Source of the DNA: Podarcis filfolensis
Lineage: Eukaryota
Strand: one strand, 5' to 3'
Assembly: GCA_964270895.1 (NCBI GenBank)
Contig: OZ185444.1
DNA length: 64,000 nt
Shown here: positions 12,357-23,800 of the stretch, piece after piece
How positions within the stretch are numbered: the stretch's first letter is position 1
Layout of the letters: each line of letters opens with the position of its first letter
Translations under genes and position numbers: made by a program
Notes under the pieces: model-generated
What the model was told of the DNA's origin: nothing
What the model saw: the letters and a program-made list of their open reading frames with translations, nothing else
Database searches by the model: none

Positions 12357-12606
12357 TAGCCTTCCCAAACCTGGCACCCTCCAGATGTTTGGACTATAAT
12401 TCCCATCAGTCCCAGCCATCGGGGGGGGGATGTAGGGGTACACATACCCCTAAACATTGTGAATTTTGTGAATCTGGCCTCATTGAGGGGCAGTATTTAA
12501 ATATGAGTAGGAAAATGAGAGTATCCCTAAACATTAAAAAAATGGACTGGTCCCAGCTAGCATAGAGCTCTAGTCCAAAACATCTGAAGAGCACCAGGTT
12601 CAGGAA
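12357..12606. mobile_element. Degenerate palindromic MITE containing a fragment of a second DNA-transposon MITE (about 12421-12540)
   Basis: The outer halves CCCTCCAGATGTTTGGACTA... and ...TAGTCCAAAACATCTG are complementary; the inner piece carries repeated ACCCCTAAACATT motifs. Confidence 0.6.
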
Positions 12607-12676
12607 CAAACAATGGCTTACACAACCTGGTGCAAAAATCCCAACTGAATCAATGGGTGGATATGTAAATTGGAGA

Positions 12677-12836
12677 GGGGCCCTAGCTCAGAACATCTGC
12701 TTTGCATGCAAAGGGTCCTAGGTACAATTCTTACCATCTCCTAGTAGGACTGGGAGAGGTTCTTTACTTAATTGCTGGAAAATTGCCAGTCAGTGTGGAT
12801 AATATGGATCTAGATGGACCAATAGCTCGACTTGGG
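12677..12836 (+). mobile_element. Older tRNA-derived SINE, degenerate
   Basis: GGGGCCCTAGCTCAG...CATCTGCTTTGCATGCAAAGGGTCC...GCCAGTCAGTGTGGATAAT...TAGATGGACCAAT. Confidence 0.7.
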
Positions 12837-14493
12837 ACTTAGCTACATTAGTCAAGAAACAGCGTTTTGAATGCGTTATAAACATGCAACACTAGATGGT
12901 GCCGGGGTGTGTGTGTGAATTCTAAGTGATTTTCCATAGTGTTTTTCCCCTTTTGTTTTCCCCCCGTGTATAGATCCACCCTGGGTGTAAGTTAACTTCC
13001 TTTGGTCCTATGAAATGATCATTGCACTATACATGCTACCATACATCAGGATTATACAGATGACCAAGCAATCCATGTAAGAGAGGTTAACCCAGGACAG
13101 CTTGATCATTGACTCATTGTGCAGATAAAATGCGGCTATGCAGAAACGAGTGGGTTTTGTGCTAAGGATTTAACTAGAATTGCCATTAATTCCCCCGCCC
13201 CCATGGTATTCACAGCAATGGATTATAAACCTCTCACACTGGTAAGAAATTGCCAAGACAATTAGTCTTATTGCCTTCAAGATGTGGGTGACAATTGTCC
13301 ATTCATTTTGTGATTACAAAATGTGCAAGGATATATTGGTTGAGGAGGCATTCATTGCTTCTGTTTCTGCTAATCATGATGGCAACCTGAAGTATTCAGA
13401 AATGATTTCAAACTGATTATTTGTTAATATTTTCAGCAGCAAAAATGTAGCGGAGGAAATCTCTGTGTTTGGGATTACAGCTCTCTTCAGTTATGAAAAT
13501 AAAGAGGATAGAAAGAAAAATAAAGATTAACCTTTGCATGGGTTAATGCCTTCATAAAGCTTTGCATTTTCATTCTAATGTTCATTCAACTCATTTGACC
13601 GCAGAATGCTCATTCAGCTATGTTTTCCTTTACCTAACCTACTGTTACATCACGGGCAGAGAAACACTTTGGTCCTGAACAACAAAGAGTGCTTTTGAAC
13701 AAGTGATACAGATAAACCCTCCTGCAAGACTCAGATAAATATATTACAAATTTGCAGCTTATACAATTTGAAACACACATACATAGGTCATTGCTGCTTC
13801 TTGTTATGGAAGCCATTAGATCTATCCTATTTTACTCATGCAGTAAAATATATCTTCAGCTTTCAGATAAATAAATTTAAACTATCTGCCTTGCTCAATT
13901 TATGTTCTGTTTCAGTATTAAATGGTGTGCAGTGATACCTTTTATCATCAGCAAGGTCTTAATAATGGCCTTTGGCATTAAATACATAAGACTGAATAGC
14001 CAAGAATGCTTTATTTAATTTGGCCATATTTAAAACATCACTTTAGTGTTTGCTACTGTACTAGAAGAACTCTACAGGAACATAGGAAGTACCAAATGAA
14101 AACTTTTGCCCTACCTCAAAATTTTCTGTTGTTCCAGGTGGAAATTTGGTAGCCAAATTTTACTCGGGAATTGCTTCTCCTCTGCCACAAGAATAACCAA
14201 TGTCATACCTTCCAGATGTTGTTGGCCTCCAACTCTTATAATCTCTTATTATTGGCCATGCTGGCTGGAGCTGATGGGAGTTGGAATCAACAACATCTGG
14301 AAGGTACCACATTGGCTACCCCTCTTTTGTAAGCTAGACTTGCTTTGGCAGTGATTGAAAAGTTAATGAAATATCAGTTATTGTGTTGCTCTTTTATAAT
14401 TGAACCTTATTAAAATAAAATAGTTCAAAGATAAAATTTAAAATTTCTTCCTGCATGAGACGTCTTCTTCTCTACACCTAATCACTTTTGTAT

Positions 14494-14529
14494 AACAACA
14501 ACAACAACAACAATAATAATAATAATAAT
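14494..14529. repeat. Compound (AAC)n(AAT)n microsatellite
   Basis: Direct reading; explains the poly-Asn and poly-Leu ORFs. Confidence 0.97.
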
Positions 14530-15537
14530 ATATTTTTTAAAAATGCGACAGCTAGCCTTAGAATTAGTCTTGGGCAACCAGGAAATGGCAGGTTTCCATA
14601 CACTTTCAAACTGGCCTGGTTTGAAAAGATAGAAATCATGGTAGCACAAAATGTGTTTGGTTCTTTCTGAGAAGCTTGAATTTTCTTGTTCAAGTCTGAA
14701 ATAGGTCCAGTGGGCCTCTGAAAAGATCTGTTTTCAAGAAGGAGCAGATCTCAGTAATAAGCACCTACACAACCCCTAGAGTTTGGAAAGACCCATGTCT
14801 CAAACCCTAGAGAGCCACAACAAGTCAGTATAAACCAGGGATGCAGATACTATGACCGTCAGTATGGACTCCCTCAGCTCCAGCCTGCATTGCCAATGCT
14901 CAGGGTTGGTAGGAGTTGAAGTGCAACAACAGGCGGAGGACCACAGTCTCACCAGCCCTCATGAAGATGACACTGAAGTAGATGGACCAATGATCTGATT
15001 CAGTATAGGGTGTCTTTCAACAACTGATTCCACACACAGAAACAGACACATTTCTATGCAATGAATGAAAACAAAGCAAGGGGGAAATACTGTATCATAC
15101 CCAGAAGAATGGATGCTTCTACCATAAGCTGCGTTGGGAATGCTAGGAATTACAACAAAGCTTTGAATTCTGACTGTGGCAAGAGAGAAGCTGTACAAAT
15201 TGAGCAATTACTTGATAACATCAGTGGAGCCAGGAGTTGCAAAAAGCACATCACGAAAGATAAAGCTCAATCTTACCATTTTGTTATGAGGCCCCTTTGA
15301 TATTTTCTGCTGCTGGAGAAGCTTTGTCTCCCCACAGCCCCCTTCTTCAAAAAGCACTTAGTATGTCAGTAAAATGTTTGGACAATGAGCTGCCAGAAAG
15401 TGGAGTGCTGCACACACTTATTTATATACCGTGCTGATTAGTATGCTTTGAACACGGTTTGCCACTGCTGGATTTTATTGCAGAGCTGTTGACAGAACAT
15501 GTTGCCCTGATCAGATAGTGGGAAGAACTCTAATGGG

Positions 15538-15563
15538 ACACACACACACACACACACACACAC
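15538..15563. repeat. (AC)n microsatellite
   Basis: Direct reading. Confidence 0.97.
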
Positions 15564-16575
15564 GAGAGAGATTATATATTTTCTCCCAAAAGGAATAACC
15601 TATTTCAAAACTGCTCTATTTAAAGGATCATGAACCACCAATTGCTTTACAATGTCTTTTATTTGACAAGAATTAGAAATTAGTGTGGCACAGAATTTTC
15701 ATGAGCCAAGTTTAGATTGTCTTGGTGAATGCTGTCATTTGAAGTGGAGGCATATTCATAAAAAAACTATCCTTCAGCCTTCCATTCTTTGCACATTTAT
15801 TGCATCTGTCTGAGCCCATCACTTATTCAATCTACTGCTGGTTGAACAGTGAGAGAGAATGAAAAGCCAATGGATAGTCCCTTGCATGGGATACAAGCCC
15901 TAGTGTGTATCTCATTGAAAAGAAGGAACAATATCTGCATTTAGAGGCACTTTGGGATACTTGCAGTGGCCATTGTGAAACTGATGTGAGAGCGCATCAT
16001 TCAGGCTGCTTCAACAATGAGAAACTACCTGCCCTTCTTCCCCCATGATGCCAGCTGTGAACAGTTTTGCATCCTTTCTTACAGTGCCTTGAACAATTTT
16101 CCTCAAAGAGGAACATGCTTTAACAGAAAAAGTTCACAAAATGTGCTCTGCATTTGGTATTAGCCCTAGCTTTCATTTATTTTGACAGTTTATGTTTCCC
16201 CTCTTAATCAGAAGCTCTCAAGTCACACAACAAGGGAACACTGAAATGTTTCGTGCCATATTTTGTGCTAGCTGCAGTTTCCTAGCCCTGCATAGAGTAG
16301 AAAATTATCAAGAGTATCAAAACAGTTAAATGCCTAACTACTGCCAGGCTATCCCTGCCCAACAATGGTCTTGGCTAGAGAACCAGCCAGAGGTGGGAAA
16401 AGGCACTCTGTTCCACTTCCAGAAACCAATTATAAGGTGGAATCAAGGAGCATTTCCATATTATATACCTGCCTGAGCTTATCAGGATCCAGTTTCAATT
16501 TATTAGCCCCAGCCCTAGTCCATTGCAGCAGACAGAAACAAGTCCAGAACCTACATAGCATGACCTGACCCTCTC

Positions 16576-16614
<39 letters not shown>

Positions 16615-16750
16615 AATTTGTATACCACCCTTCATTTGAATATTCCAGGGCAGTTGACAACAGAAAAATACAAAATGAGAATACACAATAAAACAAAAAC
16701 AAACCAATTACTTTCCTCCCACAAACACATTTAAAAAGCTATAGAATGTT
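16576..16750 (-). mobile_element. L2 LINE 3' end with (AAT)n tail (left part, split by the 16751-17719 insert)
   Basis: (TAT)n then AAATTTGTATACCACCCTTC...CCAGGGCAGTTGAC; colinear with the uninterrupted L2 end at 63634-63829. Confidence 0.85.
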
Positions 16751-17719
16751 AAAGCCTATTCTCCTCCCAGGAGGGGAGGGGTTGTGATTGGGAGATGATT
16801 CCCGCATCATGCAGGGGGCGCTCCGCCCCCTGCTTCAACTCCAGGGCTGGCGCCACGCCCCTCCCCAGTTGGGCACCCAATAGGGAAGCTCGACGGGATG
16901 TGGCTTGCTGCTCAAACGCAGCCGCGCCAACGATCCCCACCATTGCACACACATTTATCTAAAGAGAGTGGAGGGTGGGTGACTCGAAGAAAATGTGTGT
17001 GCAATGGTGGGGATCGCTGGCCACACCTTGTCGGGGAAGGCGATGGCCACACCTTGCCACCCGAAACACCAACAACACATTCCAATGCCTAACCACCACC
17101 CAAGCCAAAAGGCTCGACGCCAATACCCTCACAGCTGCAACCAATCCCTAAGACTATTGGATATGTTAGCCAGCCATATGTTGTTTCCGCGATCTGAAAG
17201 ATGAACACCGTCATCCCGGAATAGGGTCTGGTCGCCAATCTGGATATCATCATGAGATATAACTAGGCCATTCATAAAACGCACTTTGCGCGCTACCGCG
17301 CGATTCAAGAGTTTCCTGGATTTCTCGGTGGTTAGGCATTGGAATGTGTTGTTGGTGTTTTGGGTGGCAAGGTGTGGCCATCGCCTTCCCCGACAATTTT
17401 GGGTATTCCGCTAAAGGAATCCGGCGGTCGTGGATCCTGTCCGATGCCCGTGTGGCGGGGGGCCATGGCACGACCCTCGGTGACATCAGGAGAGATCCTA
17501 TAGTTGTATTAGCATCAACAGGCTCCCCCTACTGGTGGTTAACCCCTCCTCAGACTCACCCCTCTACGAGTGGGTGGAGTCTAATGTTCCGTGGTCCAAT
17601 GCCTAAGCCAATACCTTCTCACATGCTGTAATCAATAAAGTTGTGGCCTTTTCCTTACCCATTAACCTTACATTCTGTGTCCACGTGTCTTTATTCCCCA
17701 AGCGGGGATCGGGTCCTCG
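16751..17719. mobile_element. Rearranged Ngaro/DIRS-like (tyrosine-recombinase retrotransposon) derivative
   Basis: CpG-rich insert in L2 with no TSD; contains an SGNH-hydrolase C-terminal fragment, nested inverted repeats, and AATAAAG at 17634-17640 near the right end. Confidence 0.65.
17129..17326 (-). pseudogene. C-terminal 65 aa of an SGNH/GDSL esterase domain (transposon-borne, 5'-truncated)
   Basis: Open frame without a start codon: EKSRKLLNRAVARKVRFMNGLVISHDDIQIGDQTLFRDDGVHLSDRGNNIWLANISNSLRDWLQL*. DGVHLS is the catalytic DxxH block followed by the usual terminal helix. Confidence 0.8.
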
Positions 17720-18199
17720 AATCACAATCAGTCAAACTCCTGGTTAAAGAGAAATGTTTTTGCTTGGTGCCTAAAGATATGTAATGCTGGTGCCAGGTAA
17801 ACTTCCCTGGGAAGAACATTCCGCAAATGGGGAGCCACTGCAGCAAAGGCCCATTCTCGTGTGGCCACCCTTTGGCACGCTTGTGGAGGAGGCCCACAAA
17901 GAAGGACCTCAGATGGTGATCACAGGATCTAGATCAGTTCTTATGGGGAGAGGTGGTCCTTGAGGTATTGCAGTCCTGAGCCATTTGGGGTTTTATAGGT
18001 CAACGCCAACACTTTGAATGGGGCCCAGAAACTAATTGACAGTCAGTGCAGTTGGGCCAGGCTTGGTGCAATATGCTCAAACTGTCTTGTCCCAGTCAGC
18101 CACCTGACCACCAAATTCTGAAAGAGCAGAGTTTACTGCATTGTCTTCAGAGGCAACCCTATGTATAATGCATTGCAGTAATCTAACCTAGAGGTTGCC
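17720..18199 (-). mobile_element. L2 LINE ORF2 3' region (continuation of 16576-16750)
   Basis: CCTGGTTAAAGAGAAATGTTTT...GGGGAGCCACTGCAG...GCATTGCAGTAATCTAACCTAGAGG, typical of the L2 reverse strand. Confidence 0.85.
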
Positions 18200-18481
18200 T
18201 GTTATATCCCGCTGAGGCAGAGAAGGGCTCACAGGAGTCCAGATACTCAGGTTTCCAAAGCAAGCTGTCCACACTACTAGGTTGATTAGGTCATAGTGGT
18301 TTATTTAAAGGAAAAGCAAACTGACAACAATAGGTCTGAAGGCTCCCTCCTTGCTTCCAGCACACTGTGGGACAGACACCACAGCAAGGAGATGGCTTGT
18401 CCGCGCCTGAGCACTGGAGCAAATGCTTTTTATACAGTGGAGCAGCCCACAGGTGGCCATGATCTCCACCATGCCCAAGGT
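18200..18481 (-). mobile_element. Putative LTR fragment (R/U5 side)
   Basis: Minus strand has TATAAAAAGC (18425-18434), AATAAA (18300-18305) and ends ...TAACA at 18200. The other end and a TSD were not found. Confidence 0.35.
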
Positions 18482-18493
18482 TTCATGCAGGTA

Positions 18494-18844
18494 AAGGTAA
18501 AGGTACCCCTGATCATTAGGTCCAGTTGCGGATGACTCTGGGGTTGCGGCGCTCATCTCGCTTTATTGGCTGAGGGAGCCGGCGTACAGCTTCCGGGTCA
18601 TGTGGCCAGCATGACTAAGCCGCTTCTGGCGAACCAAAGCAGTGCACGGAAATGCCATTTACCTTCCTGCCAGAGTGGTACCTATTTATCTACTTGTACT
18701 TTGACGTGCTTTCGAACTGCTAGCTTGACAGGAGCAGGGACCGAGCAACGGGAGCTGACCCCGTTGCGGGGATTCAAACTGCCGACCTTCTGATCGGCAA
18801 GCCCTAGGCTCTGTGGTTCAAACCACAGCGCCACCTGCGTCCCT
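18494..18844 (-). mobile_element. Sauria SINE, full length
   Basis: Reverse complement of the Sauria head/B box/(ACCTTT)n tail; TSD TTCATGCAGGTA (18482-18493) / TTCCTGCAGGTA (18846-18857). Confidence 0.95.
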
Positions 18845-19301
18845 CTTCCTGCAGGTAGCTATTGCTCTAATTAGGTCTGGAGCCTAGTTTCCCACACCCA
18901 TGGATGTGGGTAGCTCCCTTCCTTGAGCAGGTCAATGCTTTCCAAGTGTGTTGCATGAAAGCTTAGCACTACAGCTGCCACCCATTGTGATGTTATCTTG
19001 AGTATTCAGCTGGTGCTAGCAAAGCTCCTGGAACAACTCACCTATGATTCAATACAGTCGCCAGAGCATAGACAATCGTAGTTAGGCTGTCCCTGTACAG
19101 ATAGGGATACAGCTGGGCTGCCAGCTGAAGCTGATGGAAGGCACTCTGCACCACTGAGGCCACGTTGCAGTAATCTAACCTAGAAGTTAAATATATATAA
19201 ATAGAATAAAGCATTAGAAATAGTCATCCAAATTAGCAGTCTTATTGCTTCCAGAGGAGATCCAGCTTTAACTTTCTTCTTAGATGTGACTCTCAGTAGG
19301 T

Positions 19302-19437
19302 CAGGCATAGGCAAACTCAGCCCTCCAGATGTTTTGGGACTACAATTCCCATCATCCCTGACCACTGGTCCTGTTAGCTAGGGATCATGGGAGTTGTAGT
19401 CCCAAAACATCTGGAGGGCCAAGTTTGCCTATGCCTT
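19302..19437. mobile_element. 136-bp palindromic hAT MITE
   Basis: TIR (C)AGGCATAGGCAAACT...AGTTTGCCTATGCCT; TSD CAGTAGGT/CACTAGGT. Confidence 0.92.
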
Positions 19438-20352
19438 CACTAGGTGGTCCAACCTATTTAACAGGATTATTTTGAGGATAAAATGGAGGCTGGAGAACTA
19501 AGTACCAAGACAATAGAACTTCTGAGCATCTATGCATAGGATTTCACAACTGAGAGCTAATTATTTCTTTACATGGTTCCATCATGGGGCTAGTGGTGAG
19601 GAAGAAAATACTTCCTTCTTTCCCCACAGTAACTATTAATCCTTCCATTCCCCAACCAGCACCACTAAATCCTGTAAAATCACAGGATTTAGGAGAAACT
19701 ATCTTTAGCAATTTAATGTATTGAATGGCTTTCACTTCTAAAAGTAAAAGAAGACTGTGTGATAGAAATTGGGTCAGTGAACTGGGAGATTTTGAGGTGG
19801 GGAGTAAGAGTGAGACGAGGCTCATTACAGAGAGCAAACAGAACATTTGGTGTCTATACATTTTGGCTCTGCTGCCACAAAAATAGACATATTTTTCATT
19901 TTTATTTCTACAGCTTCTTCAACACTTGCTAGTTGGCACTTGAGAGATCTTAGGGAAAAAAGAAACAACACACGTCCTGCGCTCACACGGCTTCTATAAA
20001 ACAATAAAATCATATAAATGCATCACACCACATTTAAAAGAAAGAAAGAAGGGAAGAGACATTAAAAGGAACAAGAGCACCTGGAGAATAAACAGGTTTT
20101 AGGCTTCATGTGAGAAGGAAAGAATGAAGATGGCTATCTAGCTTGAGGGTGTTCCCACCACCTTGTTGGTTCTTCTGTAAACCAAGGTATAATCCCCTGT
20201 TGACTTAAAGAATTCCCCCTAAATATCAGAGGCAACCTGGGATTTCTAGCCAAATTCATACTTTGTATTAATATACCAAATACGTGTCAGCTGAGAATGG
20301 CACATGCATATTTAAATGGCACTTATCTTCTTTAAACATTAATAACACCCAC

Positions 20353-20517
20353 AGCAACCTGAATAGCTTTAAAAGACAGATTCATGGGAGGATTAGGCTA
20401 TAGGTGGCTACCAGCCCCAATGGCTGCATCCTAACTCTTGTTAGGATTCACAAGTTGGAAGAGTACAGTTGTGTCCAGATCCTGCTTGTGAGCTTTCCAT
20501 AGACATCTGGTTAACAA
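20353..20517 (+). mobile_element. CR1 3' UTR fragment
   Basis: AACCTGAATAGCTTTAAAAGACAGATTCATGG...TCCTGCTTGTGAGCTTTCCATAGACATCTGGTT; similar to 10449-10678. Confidence 0.6.
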
Positions 20518-20547
20518 GAGGGTGGCATTACCCAGGCCAAACCTATT

Positions 20548-20790
20548 GAGAGCCAGTGTGGTGTAGTGGTTAAGAGCGATAGACTCTTAATCTGGGGAAC
20601 TGGGTTCGCGTCCCCGCTCCTCCACATGCAGCTGCTGGGTGACCTTGGGCCAGTCACACTTCTCTGAAGTCTCTCAGCCCCACTCACCTCACAGAGTGTT
20701 TGTTGTGGGGGAGGAAGGGAAAGGAGAATGTTAGCCGCTTTGAGACTCCTTCGGGTAGTGATAAAGCGGGATATCAAATCCAAACTCTTC
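20548..20790 (+). mobile_element. tRNA-derived CORE/MIR-like SINE with L2-like tail, full length and young
   Basis: A box TGGTGTAGTGG, B box GGTTCGCGTCC, CORE-like GGGTGACCTTGGGCCAGTCAC. The tail CCGCTTTGAGAC...AAAGCGGGATATCAAAT resembles the L2 3' end seen at 63660-63700 (minus strand). Confidence 0.92.
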
Positions 20791-20809
20791 ATTAGCCTAA
20801 TGCCTGTAG

Positions 20810-20829
20810 GATGATGATGATGATGATGA
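20810..20829. repeat. (GAT)n microsatellite
   Basis: Direct reading. Confidence 0.9.
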
Positions 20830-23800
20830 GCATTCATTCATTAGCATTAGCACTGAAGAATGGGCACTGGTGAACTGCTGCTGCTGCTGCTGAGCTTGGG
20901 TCTAGCCTGTCAACAAAACATACTGCTCCTGTTCTTACAGGGGCTACTTCCATACAGTGGCTAATGCAGCTGAGCTACAGAGATCAAAACAAGATATATT
21001 GGAAGGGTGTGGGAGCGTGGGGAGAAAGGCTTTTGTTAGGAAATGCAATGTATATTCCATTTTGTGAAAAGGAGAACTGAGCGTGTATTTCCAGTAAGTA
21101 CAGCTATTGATTATTGTTACAGGAGAAAAATGACCAGTCACGAAGGCTTTCTATTGAATGTACTCTACTGAAAACATTGACAGAGTACCTTTGACCGTTT
21201 GAAATATCTCGTGCATATGCCCCATTGTTGCTGCTTGATGCTATTTACCCGACTGGAAAGTCAAGTGTCTCTGGACTGAGACATACACAAATAAATAGAA
21301 GCCATCCAGTGGGAGAAATTGCCCGTCATCCTTCCATGTGATTATTTTTTTATTATGTTTTTACAAGACAATGAAACCGGTGCACCTAATTAACATCCAT
21401 CTTGTCCGTGTTCTAATATCATTTCTAAAAAGGCCCTAAACCTTCTTCCAGATGTAGAGTAAATGCATTACCTTCTGGAAAGGGATTATAGCTAGGAATG
21501 GCCATATGCCAGTTTACCAGATGCAGACTTACAGGCAGGATGAAATAAACAAGAAACGGGTTCAGAAAACACGAGGGCAGACATACATGGCATGACAGAG
21601 ATAATGGGATCTGATGGATAGCAAGGGAAGATTAATTCACCATACGATAGTAGAATTCCAGATGTTCAAAGGGAGTACATAATCAGAAGTGAGGAAAATG
21701 AGTGATCCTTTCCAAGACACCGGAACCATGAACAACGCATGGATATCGTTTTATATCCTTTACAGACTCACCTTTGAAAAAGGCTGCCAAATCATTCCAA
21801 TTTATTAAGTGTCTTCAGGCTTATAAACAGGCCCTTCTTAAACACTGCGATTCCTGAGACAGCATTACACCATCATGTTATGTCTGGTTACACAGTCTTC
21901 CATGAAGAACCTATAAATTGCTTCAAAGCTTAATCCAGTGTTGAGAAACTTCCTTACGTCTCTTGAGTTCTTGTTAAATTCCCTAGCGTCGGCTACAATT
22001 CATTTCGGCTCAGAGATACATTGGAAGTTTTGTGCAAGAGCTATGACAGCAAAGAAGAAAAAAGAGGTCAATAGGGCAAGTGAGTATCTTCTCCAGCACA
22101 CCCTTAAAGAAGGCTTAAGAAACCATAATTGTGGTGGGGAAAGTTACAATTATTCAAATATAACAATATAGAGGATCTGCATACAACTGAAGAAAATAAG
22201 CTGAATCAAAATATAGTTCAAGAAGGGAAGTTCCCTAAGGTGGGAATGTACTCCTTCCTCCCCAAAAATGCTGGGAGCTGTATTTTGTTAATGTTGCTGG
22301 GAATCATAGCTCTCAGTTCCCAGGATTTTTTTTTTTTGGGGGGGGCAAGAATGTGCTTTAAATGTATGGTATGTACACCACCATAGGCTTTTAAATTGTG
22401 TAGAAGATTAGCTCGCACTCCGAGTTTTCTCCTTGCTTCTGGAGATGTCGAGTTTGCCATCACTGTTTTTCTTGCAGCAAGAGGCAATAAGATTTGCATT
22501 TACTAAAGAAGCTACGCACCTGTGTATGTAGACCAAATTTTTAACACGATGTTTTTACAAAAGGTAAATATCTGGTAAATCTCAAACCAGACTGCTTTGT
22601 TAACATTACAGAAACCAGTTGTACCAGATTACTCATTCCTACCACACAAATAAAATTAAAATCTCCTACCTATTTCTGGTAAGCCTATCTGATAATTAAC
22701 CACCAAAATCCAGGTGGGCATCTGGCTGCTGAAAAGTGACGTTTCATACATATTAGAGCATTTGGAGTATATTAAGAATGTTTTCTTTTCAAAAAATAGA
22801 AAGAAAGCTTTAAAATCAGTACATTCAGCTGTGTTAATCTAATTTTTTCCCTAAAATAACAAGTCTTTGTTCTAAATCCCCTGTTTTACATATTATTTGC
22901 AATTCTGGAACCCAGACCTTGTTTCTCTTCTAGATTCATAGAGTTTTTAACTCCTATATATTTCTGTGTTTTGAATATCATGATATGTCCACAACCCCGC
23001 CCTCATTCCTGGGTGCTTTGGTGAAGGTTAGTACCTCCTGTAAATGGCACCTTGGTCCCACAGGGCATTCCATGGGACGTGGCAGCAGTGTGTTTAGCAT
23101 GGGCATCTGCAAAGGGACACCTGTTGTATCGATGATTGCCCTACAAGTGAGTAATGCATGAAAATGGTTTTAGTCACAATATTTTTGGCAACAGCTCTGT
23201 CTTTATTTGCTTTCTGCTCCAGCAATTATAATGATATACTAAAAATAATTGTTGGCTTTCCTGCTGGCTTGTTCTGAATGACAGAGCAAATAAACAAAGC
23301 AAGCAGTGAAGACAATAGTGACCTCAGAATTTCGTTGGCACATTTTAATCATATTGAAATTGCTGTAATGTATCTGTTTTTAAAAGCCCAATATGAAAGC
23401 AGGATACTCCAAGTAAAATGGGAGGTATTGACCGGGTCTTTGGTCAACACTAATATCACCAGTTCTCTAATCAGATTGCTCCTACTGATGACTCCATCAA
23501 ACATTGTAATTGCCTTAACAGGGTCAAGAGGTTCCAGAATCCATTTTATAAGTGCATTATGATGATATTAGCATCCTTCTGTGTGCCCAGGTCCTCCACT
23601 TATTCAATCCACCACTCAGGAGCAGTGGATATTTACTGCTGCAGACATTTAGGAGCTATGTGAACAAGATTCACAGGCCTATTTGTGATACAACAGAAAG
23701 TAAATTGAGCACAATCACTCACAGTAGATGACATATAAATCTGTTGGCCAAAACAAATATATATATATGATGAGCCTTTTTAATGAGTATTATATAATGG

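Noticed and set aside
16749-17631. Cluster of ORF-track ORFs in the CpG-rich insert, including the repeated peptide LSGKAMATPCHPKHQQHIPMPNH
   Set aside because: The repetition is produced by the 70-bp inverted repeat; only the SGNH frame at 17129-17326 has a recognisable motif.
16783-17726. TGTGATT...AATCACA read as a TG...CA solo LTR or TIR element
   Set aside because: No TSD flanks these ends. Comparison with the intact L2 at 63801-63826 shows the right-hand AATCACA belongs to the host L2 and that the insert starts about 30 bp further left.
20548-20625. tRNA-like sequences at SINE heads (also 5437, 6911, 54653)
   Set aside because: A/B boxes are present, but they run straight into SINE bodies without a complete cloverleaf; not tRNA genes.
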